Positions 61,440 to 64,000 of a stretch of DNA of 64,000 bases are shown here, one piece after another (position 1 is the first letter of the stretch; the number at the start of each line of letters is the position of its first letter). Position numbers and translations under genes: made by a program. Below the pieces are notes generated by a model. That model did not search any database and was not told where the DNA came from. It saw only the letters and a list, made by a program, of their open reading frames with translations. Source of the DNA: a virus (taxonomy: Duplodnaviria; Heunggongvirae; Uroviricota; Caudoviricetes); IMG/VR virus record IMGVR_UViG_2609459800_000001. One strand, given 5' to 3'.

Positions 61440-61973
61440 TCATTCTGGTTGTTCGGGAAACGTTACTGGCAGGATGGAGGTATCTGTAGATTCTACTTTC
61501 TGCGCATATAGCATCCACGCGGTTAATTTCTGTTTATTCTCATCGGAAATGATGCCCAGCCGTAGCTGTGAGTCCCACAGTTGGGTTTTATCCCTGACAA
61601 GTTGCAATAGGCTTTGCTTTTCATTTTCAGCTTGTTGCCTCTGTTCTTCCTCGGTATAAGTTCGCTTTATCACTACGCCATCTTTGAACATCCATTTACC
61701 AGAAATGTCAGCACGGCGATTTGCAGTAATGTCAGCAACCTCAACCACACTTAAACCTTCTGGATTTATTGTAGATACGTCTTTATTTATAGCCACAATA
61801 ACTCCATCTGATGTGTAAGCAATTTTTATAGTGTCATCCTGGAAGTTCTTTTGTTCCTCATACCAGTTTTTACCGTCTTCAGAATACAACCAGACAACAC
61901 CAAATTGTCGCGTCAATTCATATTGTTCAACAGTTTTTGGATTACCTGATCTGATGTTTTTTAAATGCTGCAT
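61440..61973 (-). CDS. U: Tail-fibre assembly/chaperone protein U
   Basis: 177 aa, immediately downstream of S on the minus strand. Confidence 0.85.
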   Translation of the reverse strand: MQHLKNIRSGNPKTVEQYELTRQFGVVWLYSEDGKNWYEEQKNFQDDTIKIAYTSDGVIVAINKDVSTINPEGLSVVEVADITANRRADISGKWMFKDGVVIKRTYTEEEQRQQAENEKQSLLQLVRDKTQLWDSQLRLGIISDENKQKLTAWMLYAQKVESTDTSILPVTFPEQPE

Positions 61974-61975
61974 AA

Positions 61976-64000
61976 TTAAATACTTCCCGCGTTATACCAT
62001 GTACCATTGATACAATACTGCACCGGCCTTGCCTGAGTTGTATCAATAAGTTCGTCCTTATTTGAGTTAATTGAGGCAGTAACAACATAACCAGATTTAT
62101 CGTTCCATCCAGGACCATTCCATGTTTGCACAGACGATTTTGTACCTAATCGAATACCTGTAATAAATCGTGAATTACATTCTGCTTTGGTATATGCCCC
62201 AACATCTCCCGCAGATGGTTTACGTGTTGTAGTATAAAATTCCGACCAGTCGGCTTCAAAACCATAACCGTCACGCGCAGAACGATAATAAATACCGCCG
62301 TTCTTATAATTCACGCGGAACTGAACAGCCGGACAACTACCAGCTCCCATATAAAAATGGAGAATCAACGTAGATGCTCCACCAATATTAGCGTTATAAA
62401 CCCCGCTAATCGAGTTCCATCCAACAGCTTTGTCATTTCCAACTGTGCTTCCTGTCTGCCCTAAAGCAAATGCAGGTTGCTGGTTTTTTGTGCTGTAGTC
62501 GCGCCGCCAGCCTGGGGCGTAATCTGCACCATGGTTTATATAAGTAAATTGCGCATTAGTGGTGCCACCTCCGGTGGAAGTGCTTGGTGTTGTTACACGG
62601 ATGGTCATGGCACCTTTATTACCCATAACCTCAATAACGCAACCTGCAAGATGAATAGTTCCACAGCCAGTATCGGTTATAATTTTATTATTGCCGTACG
62701 ACCATGAACATTTGCACATCCAGTATGGGTGATTGAATGCCCCTTGAGAATCCAGCCATTCAATCAATTGTGCCGTTGTCCAGTTCCCTGCACCTGTACT
62801 AATAGAACTGTGAAAAGCGCGACATGCACCAATATTTTTAGTGAAGGTATCTTTTCCAGGAATATCCGCGCCATTCTGGTTTTTCTGCAATGATCCAGCG
62901 GCTAGTTCTACGGTTTGCTCAAGATTTAAATTTTCAGCCGTTAGCTCAATATTTTTAGAACCATCAAACGAAACACCGTTAATAGTGCGCGCCGTCTGCA
63001 ATCTGGTCGCCGTAGCAGCATTGCCGGAGGTATCCTGATCCCCTTTGGCATTGACGCCGGGAATTGAATCTTTTGACGTATAGACCTGCGCCCATTCAGA
63101 CCAGTTGGCAGAATCAGTATCCCGCCGCGAACGGATATGTACGGGCGCATGGGCACCGCTCGTGCCACTCCAGCCAATGAATAACTCACCTTCGCCAGCA
63201 GCGGTGGCACCTTTAAGGTGAAGCACATTGCCATAGGGGGAAGGGTAGCCATTGTTGTATGCCTCATACAGCTGAATCCCAGATGTTCCCTGTGCATTCG
63301 CCTCCAAGGCCGTTACGCGACCGCGCGATACCAGAGTATTGATATTAATGTCACCAGAACCATCGAACCTGACGCCATTAATGTTTATGGCTGTTTTCAA
63401 TTTCGTCGCGGTGTCGGCGTTCCCTGTCAGTGCCCCGGTGATCCCGCCGTTGAAAGTCTGGCGCGCACTCCATGTGTTAGCCGTGCTCAACAGGGGGATC
63501 TTTTCACCGCTGGTACCGAGTTCTCTTAAACCAAGGTATTGGATAACGGCCAGTGTGCTTGTTTTAGCCAGAATATCGCGACCGACTGACGTTAAATCAG
63601 TCTGAGCTACCGTATCCTTACCAGTGAAATAAGGCAGTTTGTTTGCACCAGTCGCAAGGGCAGCGAGAGCGGTTAAAGTTGCATCCAGAGGCTGTTTGCC
63701 TGCCAGCGCATTTGTCATTGTTGTCGCAAAGTTCGGGTCATTGCCAAGTGCTGCGGCAAGCTCATTCAGGGTATCAAGAGCTTCTGGTGATGAACCAACC
63801 AATGCGGATATGGCAGCTCTTACATAAGCGGTCGTAGCAATCTGCGTGTTATTCGTACCCTGTGCAGCGGTAGGCGCAGTAGGGACACCCGTTAATGCAG
63901 GGCTTGCCAAAGGCGCTTTGAGAGCCAAGGCATTGTTGATAGTTGTGCTGTAATTCGGGTCGTTATTGATCGCAGCAGCTATTTCTTTAAGCGTATCCAG
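61976..64000 (-). CDS. S: Tail fibre protein S (Sv plus part of Sc), 5' end outside the window
   Basis: The minus-strand frame is open beyond track ORF 61976..63928 to the window edge (...[31 protein letters not shown]...). The cix site lies inside at 63521. Confidence 0.9.
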   Translation of the reverse strand: MDTLKEIAAAINNDPNYSTTINNALALKAPLASPALTGVPTAPTAAQGTNNTQIATTAYVRAAISALVGSSPEALDTLNELAAALGNDPNFATTMTNALAGKQPLDATLTALAALATGANKLPYFTGKDTVAQTDLTSVGRDILAKTSTLAVIQYLGLRELGTSGEKIPLLSTANTWSARQTFNGGITGALTGNADTATKLKTAININGVRFDGSGDININTLVSRGRVTALEANAQGTSGIQLYEAYNNGYPSPYGNVLHLKGATAAGEGELFIGWSGTSGAHAPVHIRSRRDTDSANWSEWAQVYTSKDSIPGVNAKGDQDTSGNAATATRLQTARTINGVSFDGSKNIELTAENLNLEQTVELAAGSLQKNQNGADIPGKDTFTKNIGACRAFHSSISTGAGNWTTAQLIEWLDSQGAFNHPYWMCKCSWSYGNNKIITDTGCGTIHLAGCVIEVMGNKGAMTIRVTTPSTSTGGGTTNAQFTYINHGADYAPGWRRDYSTKNQQPAFALGQTGSTVGNDKAVGWNSISGVYNANIGGASTLILHFYMGAGSCPAVQFRVNYKNGGIYYRSARDGYGFEADWSEFYTTTRKPSAGDVGAYTKAECNSRFITGIRLGTKSSVQTWNGPGWNDKSGYVVTASINSNKDELIDTTQARPVQYCINGTWYNAGSI
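63346..63532. repeat. C-segment inverted repeat, right copy
   Basis: Partner of 58985..59171. Confidence 0.9.
63521..63546. other. cix crossover site (within S)
   Basis: TTCTCTTAAACCAAGGTATTGGATAA. The inner 12 nt are identical to the reverse complement of the other cix site. Confidence 0.85.

Larger units (their letters stand above)
58984..63533. other. Invertible C segment (tail-fibre host-range switch), ~4.55 kb
   Basis: It is bounded by inverted cix sites and 187-bp inverted repeats. It contains Sv'/U' (plus strand) and U/Sv (minus strand) cassettes. Confidence 0.85.

Overview
The window is about 64 kb of a P1-like temperate phage-plasmid of Enterobacteriaceae. I recognise the backbone directly from the translated ORFs and from DNA sites. 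In window order it runs: a tail/baseplate-type operon (minus strand), pap, hot, humD with a LexA box, phd-doc, lpa, pacA (with the 4+3 TGATCA/G pac site) and pacB, an immI-like c4/icd/ant module, immC (c1, coi), an exact loxP plus cre, cra, ref, mat, lxc, ulx, darB, prt, pro, lyz, ssb, the dar antirestriction operon (lydA/B, hdf, darA, ddrA, ddrB), cin, the invertible tail-fibre C segment (cix sites, Sv', U', U) and S. About 15 copies of the asymmetric C1 operator (ATTGCTCTAAT...) and 5 copies of a late-promoter-like motif are scattered through it. Several accessory or unusual pieces sit on this backbone. (1) Two near-identical inverted 235-bp Tn3-type miniature elements (TIME-like) bracket a captured chromosomal cytochrome bd (CioAB-like) operon inside a decayed darB. 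(2) A one-ended Tn3-family remnant carries a resolvase pseudogene and three cargo genes and truncates ref; its 38-bp end belongs to the same IR family as the miniature elements. (3) An AT-rich 2.2-kb cassette bounded by 59-bp imperfect inverted repeats encodes a single 476-aa protein with an HEPN-like R-x6-H motif, a candidate abortive-infection or defence gene. (4) A fusion protein with a DUF2829 (Tad2-like) C-terminus, an unknown 262-aa protein and a poly-Asp acidic protein lie next to the dar operon. (5) A lone GNAT acetyltransferase sits where P1 carries its type III R-M genes. (6) A block of lambdoid-type accessory genes spans about 9.9-17.4 kb. All functional calls rest on motif or family recognition by eye and on remembered P1 gene order. 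No database search was possible.
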